A DNA stretch of 36,139 nt from positions 1-36,139 of the forward strand of contig CAJVPI010000303.1 in assembly GCA_910592345.1 (NCBI GenBank), read 5' to 3'. Every line of letters begins with the position of its first letter. Position 1 is the stretch's first letter. This DNA comes from Paraglomus brasilianum. Lineage: Eukaryota. Under the pieces are notes generated by a model. It was not told the origin of the DNA, searched no databases, and saw nothing but the letters and a program-made list of their open reading frames with translations. A program made the translations under genes and the position numbers. Shown piece by piece: positions 11,612-25,500 of this stretch.

Positions 11612-14588
11612 ATGCCGGCGGAACGTAGCCAGTATCGAAAAAACAACGTACGCCCAAACCAACAGAACACTGTTACCAACAACGGCCTTCAATTACAAAG
11701 TCCGAGATTTAACAAGAGAAGCAAAAATCTTGGTGCCGAAAGTGTAATCTACGGTGAACCTAGTCGTGTCTCGGTGTTTGACCGACTAGGAACAACTGGT
11801 GCTCGTGACTCACCATTGGATATTCCGCGGCTCCGGTGGCGTCGACCTTCAGAGGTTTGTTGAGGACATTTTTAGCTCGGGCGGAATACTGCTGTTTAGA
11901 AAACCAAAAAACAAGGCCAAGGCCCGTCAGTTCTGATTAAATGGTTCTTTTTTGATACAATTTATTCAGAGAGAATTTCCTATGGACAGGAGCAGAAGCA
12001 GAAGCAGAAGCAGAAGCAGGAGTAAAAGTAGGAGCAGGAGCAAAACCAGGAGCAGGAGTAGGAGCAGAACTCCGTCCAAATCCTATGAAGAAGGTGCTGA
12101 AGTGAGTAGCCGTGGAGGAGATAAATCGCCTGCGGATTCTGCGCGCGCAGAACGACACCGTAGTCCGAGCGTGAGTCAAGCATCGAGTAGATATCAACAA
12201 GCTGAAGAGACACGTCCTAACCAGTTCGAAGGACAATTTAGGGGAACTTCTGACGAACCTTTGTCTCATAATGATGATAAGTTTCAGAATTCCAATAGAG
12301 ATCGAACCAAGCTGGATGTAGATGATGTTAAACAGGAGAACTTTACAAAGAGATCTCGCAGCCGCTCGCCTGTCAATTCAGCTAATTATGAAGATGATCA
12401 GAGACTTAAAACCTGGGATAAAGAAAGTGAGAAAAATGAGGCTAAAGAGAATGACAATACTGATAAAGTTGGAAGAAATATTACTAGAAGTCAGGATCCT
12501 ACGACTCAATCTATCAATGGAGAGAATGATAGCGCTGGCAGTAAACGCATACAAGAGGAGAACAATAATGATGAGTTCGTTGGCAGTCAAAAAGATAGGA
12601 CAACAGACAACAACTCCGAAGAATTGAGACGTAGAAGAGATAGCGAACGATCATCTGCGAGTGTTGGCAATCGTGACAATTCTAGACATCCACCAAAGTA
12701 TCAGGATCGAGCAAATGATGACCGAACAAACAATCTGCCTAGCTTTAGTAATGACAGAAGTCCAAATGGACCTCGCGATAAAAGTGAAGAAAGATCTCCA
12801 GGCTATAGAAATAACAGTAAGAATGACAGCAAATATCACAGCACAATAGATGTGCGAGGGCGTGAGGAAAGAGCTGACCAGGAAAGGAACATGGAAGGAA
12901 ACCGAGACCGAGACAGGAGTCAGGAAATAAACATGGATAGGAAACTGGATAGAGACACAGAGAGAGGTAGGGAACGAAGCCTTGAGATAAACGACCCACG
13001 AGGCCAAAAACGTTTGTCTAATACTCCAGAAGATTCTATTTCTTACCCATGGCGAAAGTGTTTTTCTGAGCGACATCGAAAACCCTATTACTACAACGAA
13101 ATTACGCACGAAAGCCGATGGAATATACCACTGGAAGACATGACTCGAACACATTCTCGCTCATTGTCCAAATCTGAAAACCATTCCGTTCCTTCGTCGA
13201 TCCAGGATTATTCTGGCCGTAGCATTGGTCGTAGACTAACAGAAGACGACATAGGCACAGGGGTCAAGAAACGTCATCGTCCTGATGAAATTGACATGAT
13301 CGAACCAACATCCTCGCAAAGACGGCGTGAGCCGATAAATCGTCGTCGGAGTGGACTTGAGGATGACGAGTTAATATCAGGTTCAGAAGGGATGAACAAG
13401 CGAGTTGGGCAGAATGTTGAACGAGGGAGATTTGAGGGTAGAGACATGGCCAGGTATTTACTATTTACGTTTCTGTATGAATTTGGTCGTCAAACGAAAC
13501 ATACTGCTGATTAAGTTGTGGACGCACGCTCATCGGCTTGGTTATTCATAATAACACCGTAAATAAAAACCAACTACAGACGTCCATCAGCAAGCTTCGA
13601 TATAGAACGAGATCGTATAGATCGTCTCGATGCAGGTGATTCTGACTTATCAATCAAACGTCCTCGATCTACAACTTACCCCTATCATCCATCCTCCGAG
13701 TCATCGGAAACCAATCTGCACTTGCACGGGCCATCTCCTCAACGCCAATCAAATCGGTTTATTTCTGATCGTAGATCAAATTATATGCGTCAGAACGATC
13801 CAATTGGTAACCGAAGAGGACGAATGCTTGATGTAACTGGTGATGATAGAGTAGATGGATTAAGGTCGATGCAGGGTCAATACGGAAGTGGTCGAATTGA
13901 TAATTCATACGGTAGACGCGCGAGCCATTCCATACAGCATGATATGGGTGGAATTCGAAATAGAATGGAATATGATGATCGTGGTGGAAGTTCGGGGTAT
14001 GCTAGCAGGAGGGATAGTGGTTCTTATTCGAGGAGAGAGCCGTCACCATATGGAAGAAGAGATCCTTCACCATACGGAAGAAGGGAACCATCACCATACG
14101 GAAGAAGAGATCCTTCACCCTTTCGAAGGAGAGACCCCTCACCTTATGGCCGACGTGATTTTGCTCCGTACGGCAGAAGAACAAGTGCATCCAGTCAACT
14201 GGATTCTCCTATTTACCGTTCTCAAACATCCCTCCGTCCGCGTCCATCAGATCGTGACGACAACTCTATAACCGCTTCATCATCCCGTAAACACCAAGCG
14301 GATGTCTCTTCTTATGACTCACGTGCAAAGTTTTCGAGCAGGAATACTCATGATAGACAAAATTTGGCCTCATCTCATAGTTACGATAAGCCCTCAGAAG
14401 AGGTTAAAATAAAGGATGTTTCTAACGACGATACCTCACCCGGAGAGAATAATGATGATACACATGGTACTCCTCTGTTGTTACCTAAATCACCTTCCCG
14501 ACCGCCGTTCTTCAAGCGTAGAGCCAGAGAGACAGTTGCCGATCAGATTGCTCCAGTGGCTTGTTTCTTTACGAAGGGACGTTACTAG
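11612..14588 (+). CDS. Arg/Ser/Asp-rich, largely disordered protein with RS tract and one WW domain, ~911 aa, 3 exons; probable nuclear RNA-processing factor
   Basis: Exons 11612-11854, 11970-13453, 13580-14588 join in frame through GT-AG introns. RS repeats 11988-12068; WW domain PWRKCFSERHRKPYYYNEITHESRWNIP at 13047-13130. Confidence 0.8.
11988..12068 (+). repeat. Degenerate hexanucleotide (AGCAGA/AGCAGG) repeat encoding an RS dipeptide tract
   Basis: Translates to RSRSRSRSRSRSKSRSRSKTRSRSRSR. Confidence 0.9.
14031..14174 (+). repeat. Coding 24-bp tandem repeat, 6 units, RR(D/E)PSPYG
   Basis: Units start at 14031, 14055, 14079, 14103, 14127 and 14151; the last two drift from the consensus. 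Confidence 0.9.
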
Positions 14589-15507
14589 GAATCAAAGTTG
14601 AAGAACAGTGAGAAGAATTAATGGAATTTTGGGGTTGAAGGACCTATTGTTTATCGAGAAAATTTGGCGATGGTTACGATTTGATAATTCTTGCTATGAA
14701 GAATAAATTGTATACTTCGTTCGTTGATATTATTGGCGTAACTAGGATAGCGGGAAATTGGATTTGGGTTCCCCTGCCGAGTGGATATAAATTAGCAAAC
14801 TATTTTATGAACAATAAATAAATACTTATAAGGGCTAACCCTGGAGCAAGTCTTAAGTTGCCCTATGCGGAACTTGGCGGCAAGAAACTACGGACACTGT
14901 ATTATCTACAGCTAGCTGGTCCATGATGATTTGATTATCCTTGTTCGTACTGGTCTGTTCTTCGGAACGCTATAGAATCTGGTCAACCCACGGATTTATT
15001 TACGATGTCTATGTCACATCAACTCTCTATTGAAAAGACTCTACTCCTTTTCTGACGTGAATTGATCTATGTACTTATCATGCAATCGATCCACACAACA
15101 CACTTAAATGAAAGATGTTATTAAGCCTCCATTAGAAGGTTGGCTCTCTTTCTGTGCTCATTTTAGTGGATCTTTTTTTAGCATAATTGATTGATGGGCT
15201 CATACAATATTCCTGGAGTACCTTTGTATTCATTCGGGTTGACGAGCTCACATCTTCTGATATGAGTGAATGCTATGGAACTCTTTGGTTGACAACTTTG
15301 CCTATCCTTCGCTTTGCTATGAGGATAGACAGCTGCTGGAAAAGGGAGACATCATTCTACGTTGTATTTGAACTTGGAGATATTATTCCCACGTTATGAC
15401 GAGCTCTATCCATCAAGAAGGAAAGCATGCAAAAGTTGAATCTTTATTAGACAGTGAAGATCATGTCAAATAATTTCGACAGCGTTGTTTCTTTCTCTTG
15501 AACGCCG

Positions 15508-16396
15508 AAAATAAAGACAACAAAACCTATAATAAAAATATCAAACCTAAATGTAATTACAGTAGGAGCATATAACAATATAATGAGATAGGAATGAAGG
15601 ACATGACACCCCCCTCCCCCAATAAGAGAAGAAAAAAATGTACACTTTTGCTCTCTATTTCCCCATCCCATGTTGCAAAAACTCTTTCAGGTATGTTAAA
15701 AATATATGTAGTGTCCAGATAAGACTTGCCATCTGTATAGGTATATTAATGCATGGTGATATAATTATGAAGAAGAGATCTATTTGAAGAGAATGAAATA
15801 ATTGAAAAAGGGCTAAGAACAGCTTTGAATGTGGAAATATAAATACTGAAGTGATAACTTGAAGCTGGTAAGAAGAATAGATTGATTGTTGCAGTTTATG
15901 TCAGAGGTGTAGGTGAAGCTATATTTTAACTACAATTGCTCTGTGAGTTACCCAAACCAAAACATGGGTTCAAAATCAACTCAAACAGATGGATTGCCAG
16001 AAATAAGAACATTACTTGTTGAACAGGTAAGGAGAAACATGTTAATATATTGATACAGGTAGGATACATCACATGATTTTACCTTGACATCACCATTGTG
16101 ATTCTTGATAGATGACAATATAAATACTCCTCTACTGTTAATACTAAAAAGTTGCATCAGCATAATATGAAATGTATATGTTAATATGATGAAGAATTTA
16201 AATGTGTGGATGAGTACTTAATTTGTGAATAGCTTTGGTTATAAAAAGATGAACTGATTGATGAAACCAAAAATCATTACTATTTTATGCATGAAATCTT
16301 ATCAGAGTCAAGTTGGAGGGTTATAGAAATATAATATTGCTTTAGTGGAATAACATGACTATGTTATTTAGTATTAGGTTATTCCCACTCATATGA
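15508..16396. mobile_element. Heavily decayed, CpG-free repeat relic
   Basis: No CG dinucleotide seen over ~890 bp, TG/CA-rich, with frequent stops in the frames translated; family not identifiable. Confidence 0.5.
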
Positions 16397-16477
16397 CGAC
16401 GGTGTACTATATAATATGAAAGCATTTTATTCATAATATAATTTACGTAGATAAATATAGGTTTAAAGCTACTTACT

Positions 16478-17250
16478 ATATGTAATTAACCTTGGCAAAA
16501 TTCCACAATGCCGAGTCAATTATAGGTGTACAAACTGGTTAAGATGCGGTTTTTCCAGGATTGTAATATCTCTCAACGGATTAAGATCCTCCAATGAAAA
16601 CGCTTTTAAACTAAAAGGAATAAAAATAGATAGTAAATTGGACAAATATTGCTATAATAAGTTGCGTAAGTTCTCTCTTGTCCTTACAATTTAGGTAAAG
16701 TTCCTGTATTAATTTTTTAATATTCTTTAATATTAAGTGTTCTGAATCACATCTATTGAAATCCATATTGTTGATGGCATTATCCCAGCCCTGCGCAGTG
16801 AAATCTTCATTGAAAAACAACGTAAGATATTCGTGGATATCATCAGTAATATAGTTGTCAATGTCATCAAAAACTTCATGCAAAATGGTTTTTTGAAGTT
16901 CCAAATCCAGAAATAATGAAAATTTCGATTTGGACGTAGATCCATTATAGATGTCTTAGGGAATTTACTTAAAAAGATTTTTGTAACTTCCTTTATGACG
17001 ATGAAACTTGAATCGAGTCTTCAAGGATATCCTTAACACACATCGTCTATAGAAAATGGAAAAATCATTATTTTTCCTAAAATACCAACAGAAAATATTA
17101 CCAGAGACGAATTTTACTAACACTACTTTCATCGGCAACTACAACTCCGCCTTCTTGTTCATTATTAACAGCAGTCTGTGTTTTTGTACTGGAATCTTGA
17201 TTTTCAGAGCCCCTGATGTCATGATCGTTATTCAAAGACTGGATGTGTTC
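16478..17250 (-). pseudogene. Frameshifted, truncated member of an expanded early-diverging-fungal gene family (possibly PD-(D/E)XK nuclease-like)
   Basis: Fragments in shifting frames: KFPKTSIMDLRPN / ELQKTILHEVFDDIDNYITDDIHEYLTLFF / LKAFSLEDLNPLRDITILEKPHLNQFVH-(frameshift)-IIDSALWNFAKVNYI, ending at a GTAAGT donor with no recognisable downstream exon. Family assignment is from recall. Confidence 0.5.
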
Positions 17251-17260
17251 GGGCAAATTA

Positions 17261-17391
17261 GTCCGAATCCGTTATATCACTGTTTAATATAAAAGTCCGC
17301 TATAGTACTTAGTAAAAATTTCGTTCCAGCAAAAAAGTCCGTATGAGGCAAAATCCGTTATATCGACGGTCCGTTATATCGACTTTCACTG
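17261..17391. mobile_element. Solo right end of a Tc1/mariner-pogo-like element
   Basis: TCCGTTATATC occurs three times and the segment ends ACTTTCACTG; the reverse complement CAGTGAAAGTCGATATAACG matches the CAGT...CGATATAACG style of pogo TIRs. Confidence 0.55.
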
Positions 17392-17891
17392 TGTACATAT
17401 TAATATTAGATATACAGATCTCGCAAACCCGATAAACCGATAGAAAAAGGACTGTAGTTCAACAATGCGTAGCAAGTCATCGACCAGAGTCAGTTTTTGT
17501 TTCAGCTATTCCTATCGCCACAGCTCCATCTTTATGCAAGTTTGTTAATAAAGTCAGGACACTACGGTGTGTAACCTCAAGACAAAGTGAGTATTTTGAG
17601 GAAGAACATATTGCCCTGGAAAATTGATAACTGCACAATACATAAAATTTAGTTATAAACATTCCCTGAGACAAACATTGAAATGCCGAGTTGCTGAGGA
17701 AATCAATGTGGTCTGGCTCTGAATTGTTGATTCTGCCTCTTTGAATTACCACGCGGGGAGGAACCATCTATAATTGAGGAAGGAGAATTCATAGACACGT
17801 TGATAAAATACACGTGATTTACTTATCAGGTGACTTTAACTTCATAACATAAAAAAAATTTACAACCCCGTTACTTTCTTAGTCGAATACT

Positions 17892-18707
17892 ATGCAAGCT
17901 ATCAATCCACTACGGACAAGCTTAACTCGCTCGTGGCCCTCTGTGCGGACTTTCACTACCACACCCGTCAGAGGCCAAGCGGTCACGGCATATCCACAAA
18001 CACAGAAAAAACCGATCGGTGGGTTTCGAGGAGGGTGAGTTTGTTCTCTCTGTGGGCTAACGAGACAGAAAACGTTAGACTTGACCCTATTGGATTTTGT
18101 GGGTGATCAGTCTTATAGGATTTCTCCTGGGCTTGACTGTCGCAGGAGGAACAGGATATTATTATCTGTTTGACGATTACCATGCAGCATCAAACTTATT
18201 ACTTAGTGTAGTTGAAGAATTACAAAAATCGACTAATAAGGTAATTGCAGCCAGTTACTGTTAATAATGTCTTGGATTTCGATTAAAGTTTATATCTTAC
18301 TTTTAGGTACGAGATTATACAAGTAAGATCGAACGTATCGATGCGGAATTAAAAGCTTTGCAGGAGAAGAGTGTGACAAGAGAACAATTATTGGACTTGA
18401 GAACCGATGTTAAGAAGTTATATGTACGTCTACAACCTGATTATTGGACATTCGATTATTTCCAGTCAACAATATGGCCTATTAATAGGTCTTTTTTTTT
18501 TATTAAAAAAATCGCTTATTTTGACACTCTTATAATATTGAAGGACGCTCTCAATATACAACAGCTTGAGCTAAAGAATCGTGTCTGGACCTTGGGTAAG
18601 CGTGTCATATGAATGAATTTTATTATCCGTGATGCTTTCTCTAAGCTATCGTTAAACTTGCAGAACAAGATCTCAGTAGAATTGAGAATTTTGGAGGTCA
18701 GCGTTAG
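17892..18707 (+). CDS. Conserved fungal small single-pass membrane/coiled-coil protein, probably mitochondrial, 161 aa, 5 exons
   Basis: Exons 17892-18034, 18111-18240, 18307-18423, 18544-18595, 18664-18707 (486 nt, in frame, GT-AG). Arg/Ser/Thr-rich presequence without acidic residues, then KKPIGGFRGGLIGFLLGLTVAGGTGYYYL and a coiled coil. Confidence 0.85.
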
Positions 18708-19346
18708 AGAACGACAAATGTGTCGTCGAAGTATATACAGTATTCTTCTCGTTAATGAAAAGATTTGCTGCGCAACCGTTTCATTACGTTAATGGGAGAT
18801 ATCTCCATCGGAGTGGAGATTGTGGTTGCACTTTATCGGAGGTAATACTTTTGACGTAATTACGAGATCAAAGTAAAACGTGAATGAGGACCTTTTCGTA
18901 TATGTGAAGCCGCGAATGTCTGTCATATGACAAAGGCAAACAGATTATCAAGAGATTTCTTATTGATAGTTAATATAAAATTGTAAATGAAATAGTTTTA
19001 GTCAGCGCTAAACATTCATACAGTTGTGCTTGTTATCCTGCATTTTAATTTATGCGTAAACTCCTGGAAGAAAATATTGCTGGTCACGCGACTCTATACG
19101 TGTATGCCATAATCTGCCATGCTGTCTCTCTTCATCCAATTTTCCAAAATTCCCGCAGTAGACTGAAAACACCACCGCTTTCGTGCTGTTTATTATACCG
19201 ATCATATCTCAGTAGTAACTTGAATATTTATTAATCCTTATTAACTTATTACAAACATAATTAATCTAGCATTACAAAAACCGCGACGAAAAATCACAAT
19301 AGAACGTAATTAAATCATGCTTAGTCAATAGTCGCACCCCACCTTA

Positions 19347-20911
19347 TTAGTCTCCTTCTTTCGCTTCATTCACTACCACTTCCCCATCTTTCTTTTCAAT
19401 ATCATCATCTTTCATTCGATGCCAAACATAATCCTGTGCAACACACGTCACTGCCAACCGAATAGCTTCGATCATCTTCTCCTCAACCCACTCATTATCT
19501 GCATACGGAATCTCCAACCATGATATAGGAAGTGATTGAGAGAATGTATAGAAATTAAGATGATGAGTAGGATCGTTTAGTACGACTGTGTAATAGAGAT
19601 ACTTATTCTCATTTTCGCCATCCAACGAAGGAATGGGTGAGGCTTTGGTTGGTTGAATGGCCATAAAGACTGGACATGTAGTGACAGGAGGAGCATCGGG
19701 TGATAGGGGGGACAATGGTGGGTGATCCGGGGGAAAGAAGGTCGAGGTTGGATGTGGAATAAAATGATGTTTGATTGTTTGTTCAATGTTTGCCTGATGA
19801 AGGAGATAGATAGCGGGTAAGTGAAAGTACTGAAGGAACTGAAGGACAGAAAGGAAATGAGCTACGCTAACAGTTGCAGTATCTATAGTTATTGTTGACA
19901 CAAACGAAAATAGAATTCAAATCTTCAATCTCCTCTCTATTCTCTCCAACACAACATTTGTTCACCTTTGCAATTCCAATCGCTTCAGCAAATCCTTCAC
20001 AAACATTCAAGTCTTTTCCTCCTTCATCTACAGCATCCCGTTGCTTGACTTCGCTACCTTTTCTAACCAGAATATCGCCACCTTCTACTTGCTCCATGAT
20101 TCTCATAAACGCATGATAAACTATCGATTCCAATCCGACATAACCAACCATATCGTGCGTAAGCCATACTTCAACCACTTCGTGCTCGGCGATTGGAGGT
20201 GCTACAACGTTAACGACTGTTGTGAGTGTTGATAGGCTCAACGTTTTGAGATCGGTGCCTAAAAAAAAACAAAACCGTTTAATGTAAGGGTAGAAATCGA
20301 TCGATTGCGAGAGGTCAATTGAACGTAAACTCGTCAACAAGACTATCCGATCACCAATTACCGATTTTTTCGATGGCTTCTTTGTTGACATATTCCCTCA
20401 CACGCTCTTCAAATTTCTTAGTAGTTTCGTTGGCGCGTACGGTTTCAACAGTAGCAAGCGCGCCCTTGACAGAAGAGTCTACAACCGTAGAAGCTGTTTT
20501 GTATGCAGTTGTCGCCGTTGCGAGTAAGTTATTCCACGCCCAGCCGGCTCCTATAGTTTCTGTAAGAGAGGCTTGTTTTTGTGGAGGCTGCTGATCTTGT
20601 GAGGGCTGTTGCTGTAGTTGTGCTTGTACCGATTTTACTTCCGTTCTATTCCCCTCTATTTTCTTTCCAGTAGCAACAGTCGTCCCTGTCCCAGTACTGT
20701 TTGGAGGTGTAGCTGCAGTTGGCTTTGTTTGGGAGAATTGATCAAGGAACTCAAACACGGCTCTCGTGTCTGCTGCCTGGGCACTTCCGCCTGGACCACT
20801 CGCATTTGGGGTTGCGTTGGAAGTCGATTGTGAATAATTCTCTATCGTTTTGAGAAACTGATAGACATCTTCTTTTGAGTTTGCATTTGTTGGGGGCTTA
20901 TTATCGGCCAT
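19347..20911 (-). CDS. MTC1: Maintenance of telomere capping protein 1 family, 429 aa, 3 exons
   Basis: Exons 20911-20362, 20258-19966, 19793-19347 join in frame. Motifs VAPPIAEHEVVEVWLTHDMVGYVGLESIVY, MEQVEGG, FMAIQP, SQSLP..W, EWVEE, VAQDYV. Confidence 0.85.
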
Positions 20912-22598
20912 TAATTGCTGTTGAGCTACTGCCGCAACGAAAACTAAAGTGATCAAGAATTCCCGAGTTACTATCACTATTGTTATTGGTCGAAATCATT
21001 TAGAATTTCACACAACTTGAGGTCGTACAAACACCCGGTAATAAAAGAAGACTTCAAGCAACAAGAACAGTAATAATCAAGTTCTTAAATAACTCTTTTT
21101 TTATTTTCTAATTAATTAGTCAAAACCCATAATTGTTCATGGTTAGGGTGTATGCACATTGACTAAAAATGGCTGATGTTGACAATAAACATTATAACAC
21201 ATTTAATATAGGATTATGTTTATAAAAAAATATAATATGAACCTAATTTATATCAAATTAATGGATACCAAGTCTTTGCAAGCATATTTAGATAAAGAAA
21301 AAAAAAATACTTAGTAAATTTACCAATCTTTAAATTACTTCCTTATTTTTAATCAAGGCCATTTTTTAGTTTCTTTAACAAACTTGACCATTCTGTGACC
21401 TTTCTCCTCTTCTAATTTTTTCTTCTAAACTCTTTATCTCATTTAATAATTCTTGTTTCTGCCTTTTACTTCACTCTTCGGATTTTTCTTGAAATTACAT
21501 TAATATTAAGCGCTAATTAAATAATAATCCTGATATCAAAAAATCGAAGGCAAGTTCAACTCCATACACCGCTGATTATGATACGGGAAAGCGTTTTGCA
21601 CTTTTACCAGCGGTAGAAAAGCTTACCAGAGATGAACGAAATAAATTTATAATTACAAATATGAGTTTATTAGAATATAGAGAACCATTCCATGTGCAAA
21701 GAATTATAAGCATTATTAAATACAAATATCGAAATGTGCTGAAGATGATGATTACCAGGGAACTACGACCGCTTATATATCTCCTATTGCTTCACTAATT
21801 TAATTAATTTTCGATAAAATGGAATAATTAATTAAATTTTCGGTCCAAAAATCTCGACGTGCTACGTTTGTCATGAATTCCGCAGCTCTTACTCAAAGCC
21901 GATGTATACTAATGCAAAAATTAGCGTTCAACGGATGCCATCGAATTGGTCAGTATTTGGTCGTGCAAAATACTTTTAAACTGTATCTTTTCCAGTGTCA
22001 TTGTCTGATATTAATGATACAGGTTGGTTACTTGGATTGATTGATCCCAAGTCGTCTTGCGAATACTAACTAATACGTTCCTTCGGTTATTGAACACGTG
22101 AGATGGTTCAGGTTCCACAACGTATTTATTTCTTAAACCATTTTCTATGTGTAACTGTATTAGTATGCTAGTTATAATTATGGCATTAAAGGAATTAGTG
22201 TAAATTTTCCCGAGATTTGGTATATTCCACTTGCTGCGCAGTAAACTTGTATATTTAGTATCCGTCTTCTGTATCAATTCTCGAAATAATAGTAATCGCG
22301 CAATTCTGGTGATTGAATGAGGAGATCTTTTTTTAAACTGTCGGCGGTTGTAGTGGAAAGCGTATTCATTTTTCCGGGTAAACAACGTCAATGCTTTTTA
22401 AGAATAATACAAGCATTTGTGTATCAGTCATTTTGTCCTTCTTGACAAATGATATGATTAGCGAAAATTCGAAGTAACCTTTTCGGGTAAAATTAGTCTT
22501 TGTGCGGGCCAATTTCTTAAGGCTTTAAGGGAAATGAAAACACCATGTTACACGATTTTGAATAAAATACCTGAAAACAAAAATTCTTGCGCTTGACA

Positions 22599-25500
22599 AT
22601 GGGTAGACCTACAAAACGCACTCAAATCTGTCGCGAGCTTGCTAGAAAAAGGAAAAAATCAGATGCCCCTTATAATACAGTAGCGGACGATGTTATTAGT
22701 GATGATTGTTATTTTACAGAAGATGCGATTGGAGATGGATTAGATGATGAAGCGGAAGACGCGATTGGAGAAGAGAGTAATGAATTTGAGGTGTATAACT
22801 GGTCTTTAAGCTGCTCGTCAAAGTTTTGATCCTATATTGAACGAAGATTTCATTTGTTAAGGAAGAGGAAGAGCTAGTTGTCATGGGACCAAGCGGACAG
22901 TTTCGTGAAATATGGCCGGAAATTGATCCAGTATACGATAGCGATACTTCAACCGAAGACGTAAGTGCATGCGATGCCATTGATTCATTTTGCTGGAATT
23001 CTTGCATGATCTTTCGGCACTTGTAGGTACAAAATACAGTCGGAAATATACCAATGGAATGGTACGATGACTTCCCCCACATCGGCTACGATGTTAATGG
23101 ACAAAAGGTTATGAAACCTGCCATAGGGGATGAACTTGATAAGTTCCTGGATAAGTTAGATGATCCCGATTCATGGTAATGATAATAGCGATCGCTTATT
23201 ACAACCTTATGCTTCAGTAATGTATTGGCGTCTGCCAATATCGACACTAAAATGTCTTTATATTAACCACAGGATGTCCGTTAAGGATGATCTTATGCAG
23301 CGAGATGTGAAATTAACAGATGAAGAATTGGAAATAATTCGCAGAATCCAGATGCATGAGATACCAGATAAAGATTACAATCCGTATGAACCCACTGTCG
23401 AATGGTTTACAAGTAAACCGATGGTTATGCCATTAACTGCTGCTCCAGAACCCAAACGGCGATTTGTTCCATCTCGTTGGGAAGCGAAAAAGGTAGAATA
23501 TAACTTTAGATTGTAATTCTACAATTAAATCTCATGAGCTAATTCAATAATTGCCTAAAGATTATGAAAATTGCCCGAGCAATACGCGAAGGCCGCATCC
23601 TTCCTCGTAAAACGCAAGCTGAACCACCCCGCTTCTATGATCTTTGGACTGATACCGAACAATCTCGTTCAGATAATCCAATGCATCTGCCTGCTCCCAA
23701 AATAAAATTACCAGAACACGACGAAAGCTATAACCCACCTGAAGAATATGTTCCGACTGAGAAGGAAAAGGAAGAATGGGAGAAAAAGGATCCAGAGGAT
23801 AGAGATAAATCTTATTTACCGAAGAAGTTCGTGTTTTATTTTTACTTGTTTTAAAGTAAATGAAAGTATATTGATAATTGCTGTCTTATTCTGCAGGTAC
23901 TCGAGTCTTCGAGCAGTTCCTGCATATGATAAATTTTTAAAAGATAGATTCGAGAGGTGTCTTGACCTGTATCTAGCCCCTCGCGTAAGGAAGAATAAGG
24001 TAAATTGCTTCATCTTGGAAAATTGTATTGATCTTGCTATCTTTTGTCCCTGGTGATATTCGTATTCCATGTAACATTCTTCACTCATTCCGTCTTATTT
24101 TAGCTCAATATCGATCCAGAATCTCTAATTCCTAAGCTTCCTCACCCAAGAGACTTGCAGCCTTTCCCAATCAGTCTCACCCTGTCATACGATGGTCATG
24201 CTGATCGTGTTCGCACATTTTCTATCGATCCTACTGGATTATGGATAGTTTCCGGTTCCGATGATCGGACAATACGAATGTGGGAAGTTACTACCGGTCG
24301 ATGTGTGCAGAAGTGGGACGTTGAGGATATCGTATATTCTATCGCCTGGTGTCCTAATAAGGATATCTGGATATTTGCCGTGACGCTGTAAGTTATTTGG
24401 CAGTACATCAGATATTAAACATGAGAGAAAGAAGTATTTCAAAGAACATAATGGATTCCAATGAGGCTCACATGATTTATTTTTGTCTACAGTTCAAATA
24501 AGGTTGCTTTTATATCACCGCGTCTTATGTGTAGTGAAGAAGTATCGAATTTTGCAGCGAAATATGCGTCTGCAGGATTTAATATGCAGAAAGCTGGTAA
24601 TTTACATATTAAAAGCAAATGACGGATGTTGCTGTTAATTTGTTAACTTTACGATCAATTATAAAGACAAGAAGCCTAGTGTTGTTGAATGGGTCAAACC
24701 AACAGAGAACCAAAGACAAAATGGATATATAGTTATTATATCACATCTGCACGACCACGTAAGTAACAAGTACAACTGATTATGTGATAGTATGAAGAAA
24801 TAGTAAACGTAAGTTTATTTTGTAGACTGTGAAACAGGTTACGTGGCATCGCAAGGGCGACTATTTCGCAACTCTCGCACCAGATGGTAATCAAAGGCAA
24901 CGTAAATGCTTGCGGTTATATCATTGGGTTTTAGGTTTACTCTATTTTTTTCTTTTTTTTCTTTTTTCAGCTGGAACACAGGGTATTTTGATACATCAAT
25001 TGACGAGGCATCATAGTCAGCAACCATTCCGTAAGATTAAAGGTTTAGTACAGCGAGTGATATTCCATCCGATAAAACCAATTTTCTTTGTGGCCGTGAG
25101 TAGACAACGTTTTCATATACCATTCGCGCGATTGAGTACTGGGTTTTCTCACACTCCGTTTGGTTATTATATTCAGACACAGAGATATGTTCGCGTGTAT
25201 AATCTGACAAAACAGGAACTCTCCAAGACGCTTCTGTCAGGAGTCAAATGGATATCGAGTATAGATGTTCACCCGATGGGGGATAATGTTATTATCGGAA
25301 GTTATGACAAGCGATTATGTTGGTTTGATTTGGACCTGTCGGCAAGACCATACCGAACTCTTCAGTAAGCGAAGCGAGATTTAATTATATTGCATATTTG
25401 TTCCTGAGAATTAATCTTCATGTGCGTATGTAGATACCATAGAATGGCAACTCGCTGTGTGGCGTTCCATAAGAGGCTTCCACTGCTTGCATCTTGTAGC

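Noticed and set aside
14031..14174. Regular 24-bp repeat as a possible CRISPR-like array
   Set aside because: No spacers; the units are head-to-tail, in frame and vary mainly at synonymous positions inside a eukaryotic exon.
15187..15450. Protein-like + strand fragment STFVFIRVDEL...FYVVFELGDIIPTL
   Set aside because: No ATG, interrupted by a stop, family not recognised; possibly a pseudogene fragment but unsupported.
22011..22391. 126-aa - strand ORF upstream of ERB1
   Set aside because: Non-ATG start, no recognisable motif or splice structure; probably decayed repeat DNA.
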